Assembly: GCA_964016885.1 (NCBI GenBank)
Contig: OZ024740.1
Span: forward strand, 421,228,001 to 421,292,000
DNA: 64,000 nucleotides
Origin: Eledone cirrhosa
Taxonomy: Eukaryota
Reading direction: 5' to 3'
Translations under genes and position numbers: made by a program
Part shown: in pieces, positions 61,454-64,000 of the stretch
Position numbering within the stretch: position 1 is the first letter of the stretch
Layout of the letters: each line of letters begins with the position of its first letter
Notes under the pieces: model-generated
Database searches by the model: none
What the model saw: the letters and a program-made list of their open reading frames with translations, nothing else
What the model was told of the DNA's origin: nothing

Positions 61454-61820
61454 TATAAGCAATCAGGTTGTTTTGCCTTAGTACTGAGGAAGTAAATATT
61501 ACTGAAGAAGGATAAAGATCTTGAAATATTAGTATTTGGCATTCCCACACAGTTCATGGTAATACCTTTGCCATTTTGTCTGAGGCACTGCTCAGACTGG
61601 GGTGTAGTGTCTATCTCTCCCGCTCTACCCTTGTTTTACTTCTTTTCATTTCCATTTTTTTTGTTCCCTTTAATAATGTTTTGTTTGTATTAGATACTGC
61701 TCAATAATTGTTATATAATGTCAACAGTTTTTCATGAAATTGTGAGATTTAGTATATTGAATAGGTTCAAAATCTCACAAATAAAGAAGAAAAACAAAAC
61801 AAAAGAGAAGAAAAACTTAC

Positions 61821-61910
61821 TGAGAAACCATTTTGGCACCTTCAACTGATTTGGTTTCCTTGACAACCTGAGCAGCAGCTTCAGGATTCTGCAGGAATTC
61901 CAGGTAGATT
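61821..61910 (-). CDS. WDR19: WDR19 exon (most 5' in window): (R)IYLEFLQNPEAAAQVVKETKSVEGAKMVS(Q)
   Basis: 90 bp, AG/GT flanks, IYL..L.NPE.A...V.ET.S..GAKMV motif. Confidence 0.95.
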
Positions 61911-62033
61911 CTACAAAGATAGATCAAACAAAACAGGTAACAACAATGTGTAAAGTCTTGGGAATATTAACAAGAGGAACAAGAATCAAATGGACAAAGT
62001 ATTTGAAATACTAAACACAGTAAAACTAGCCTC

Positions 62034-62105
62034 CTCCCTGGCAGGTATGTGAAATCTGGTCTCCCACGTGACAGGCAGGGATACTTACCACCAAACTACA
62101 GAAGA
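62034..62105 (-). pseudogene. tRNA-Asp(GTC) pseudogene or tRNA-Asp-derived repeat
   Basis: tcttctgtagtttggtggtaagtatccctgccTGTCAcgtgggagaccagatttcacatacctgccagggag is colinear with eukaryotic tRNA-Asp; T arm and acceptor stem are damaged. Confidence 0.75.
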
Positions 62106-62244
62106 CTGGCACCATTGTCAGTAACAGATAAATCCATTTTCAGCTAAAATAATATACCATGTGTACAGAAAGACAACTGCAAGAGGAGCCTAAAGAGTAA
62201 GAGAAGTGGATATCAACAGGTTTTTACAGCTGGATGTCCTTCCT

Positions 62245-64000
62245 ATCATCATCATCATCATCATCATCCTCGTTTAATGCCCACTTTCCACGCTAGCATG
62301 GGTTAGACAGGAGTTGTCCCACTTGAGGCAAGGTTGTTCGGGTGACCATGTCTTGCTCATATAGGACTGTCTGGCAGGTTTTCTACGGCTGGATGCTCTT
62401 CCTAACACCAACCACATTTACAGTGTGGACTGGGAACTTTTTACCGTGTTACCTACACGACCATATTACAATGTGGACTGTGTGTTTTTTTCTCGTGACA
62501 CCTATACAATCTCATTTATCTCATTTATTTGGACTGGATGTTGTGGTACCAACTTTACAGAGAGAACATGGTGTTGGTGGGAGTCGGAGGATAGGGTAGG
62601 GGTAGTGGATTGTGGTGTATATTTGGTTAAGAGGTGCCTACTGACTGTAGGTTTCGCTTTGTACATAGGCAAGGTGGGTCTTCTGTATTACTGAGTGGCA
62701 CCAAAGATCTTGGTCTAGTGATATTGTCTTAGAGAGGTCTAAGTGTGTAAGGTTGGAATTTATCAGATCGTCCCAGGTTTTTCTGGGTCTACCTACTCCG
62801 TAACTTCCATCAATTTTGATCGCCCTACATTTTTTTATACAGCTGTCGTCTTTCATGCGCATCACGTGGCCATACCAACGTAGTCTTCTCTCGAGTAAAC
62901 AGCATCTGATCCCTGTTATTCCTAATTTCTCACTTAGTTCATTTATGCTTTGCCGTTCACGTATATTACTATTACACATCCAGCGGAGCATGCATGCTTC
63001 GTTCCTTTCCAGTCTACGCAGGTCCTTTGCACGTAATGCCCATGTCTCACTGCCATGTAGCATTGCTGTTCGTATACAATCTGCCTTTCATTTTTAGAGA
63101 GAAACCTTCTGTGGCCAACAGTGGTATAAGCTCTCTGAATTTTTTCCATCCCGTTCTGACTCTGGCTACTGTACTTTCAGAACACCCTCCACCACTGCTG
63201 ATTTCGTCACCCAGGTAACGGAAAGTGTCTACTATTTCTATAGAACCATCTGGGCAATAGAAGGGGCTAGTATCCTGTGGACACTTTCTACCTATTGCAC
63301 CTGAGCATCGCCCACATATAAAGTCTACGTTCTTAGATAGTTTACCTGTGATCCCACTACATCTTTTATGTACCTATAGTTTGCATTTGCGACATAAAAT
63401 TGAATTTCTGCCTACTCCTTTCCTACACACTGAGCAAGGCCATTTCTCTGAGGGTACCTGTGCCTTATTTTCCTTTCTACAAACTAGGACTTTAGTCTTA
63501 GACAAGTTAACTTTAAGGCCTTTTGATACTAGGCCATGCTTCCATGTTTGGAATTTCTTTTCTAGTTCAGCCATTGATTCAGCTATGAGCGTTAGATCAT
63601 CTGCGTATAGGAGTTCCCATAGGCAGCCGGTCTTGAACTCCTCTGTTATAGCCTGTAGGACAATAATAAATAGGAGGGGGCTAAGGACAGAGCCTTAGTG
63701 AACACCAACTTTTACACTAAATTCTTCACTATATTCATTGTTAATTCTAACCTTACTGACTGTTTCATTATATATGGCTTGAATCTCTCTCACAAGCCAT
63801 TCATCAACACCTAGTTTTCTAAGAGCCCACCAGATAATGGAGCGGGGGACTCTGTCAAAGGCTTTTTCCAGGTCTACAAAAGCTAAGTAGAAGAGTTTAC
63901 TTTTAGCTAGGTACTTCTCCTGTAGTTGTCATACAAGGAAAAGAGTGTCTGTGGTACTTTTACCTGACACAAGCCCAAACTGCATTTCATCTAGATCAAT
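62245..64000 (-). mobile_element. RTE-clade LINE (RT domain to (GAT)n tail), continuing past the window end; inactivated
   Basis: LDEMQFG..YLAFVDLEKAFDRVPR..GVH*GSVLSPLLFI..ELLYADDL..MLHGSETWA..RLRWYGHV; stops and frameshifts. Confidence 0.95.

Noticed and set aside
62034-62105. Functional tRNA-Asp gene
   Set aside because: T loop/B box (tttcacatac instead of gttcgattc) and acceptor stem pairing are disrupted.

Overview
Eukaryotic, repeat-saturated genomic DNA, most consistent with an octopod cephalopod (inferred from the SINE/RTE repeat families and (TA)n richness; not proven). One host gene is present: the 3' part of WDR19/IFT144 on the minus strand. I could splice 11 exons by hand with GT-AG sites and continuous frame (61910 down to the stop at 26036); the 5' exons lie beyond the window. 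The rest is transposon-derived or tandem repeat: the 3' half of a Gypsy LTR element, a deleted LTR element nested in an RTE LINE with a TSD, RTE/CR1/L1-Tx1/CRE-like LINE fragments, tRNA-headed SINEs, mariner/piggyBac/hAT MITEs, small Helitrons, and a large modular inverted-repeat domain (about 2.4-13.3 kb). Most notable: (1) a 12.5-kb intronic 39/40-bp satellite whose WDR19-sense strand is about 315 tandem copies of a perfect branch-point TACTAAC followed by a short pyrimidine run and TAG; (2) an array of five head-to-tail GT...AG mini-intron-like units built from the end of one WDR19 exon and its donor; (3) a 5.4-kb 66-bp satellite grown from a SINE/RTE tail; (4) several (TA)n-embedded fold-back, Penelope-like elements carrying minimal hammerhead ribozyme motifs, including U3-A8 core variants. 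Nearly all long ORFs in the supplied track are repeat artefacts. Coordinates were counted by eye and repeat boundaries are approximate.
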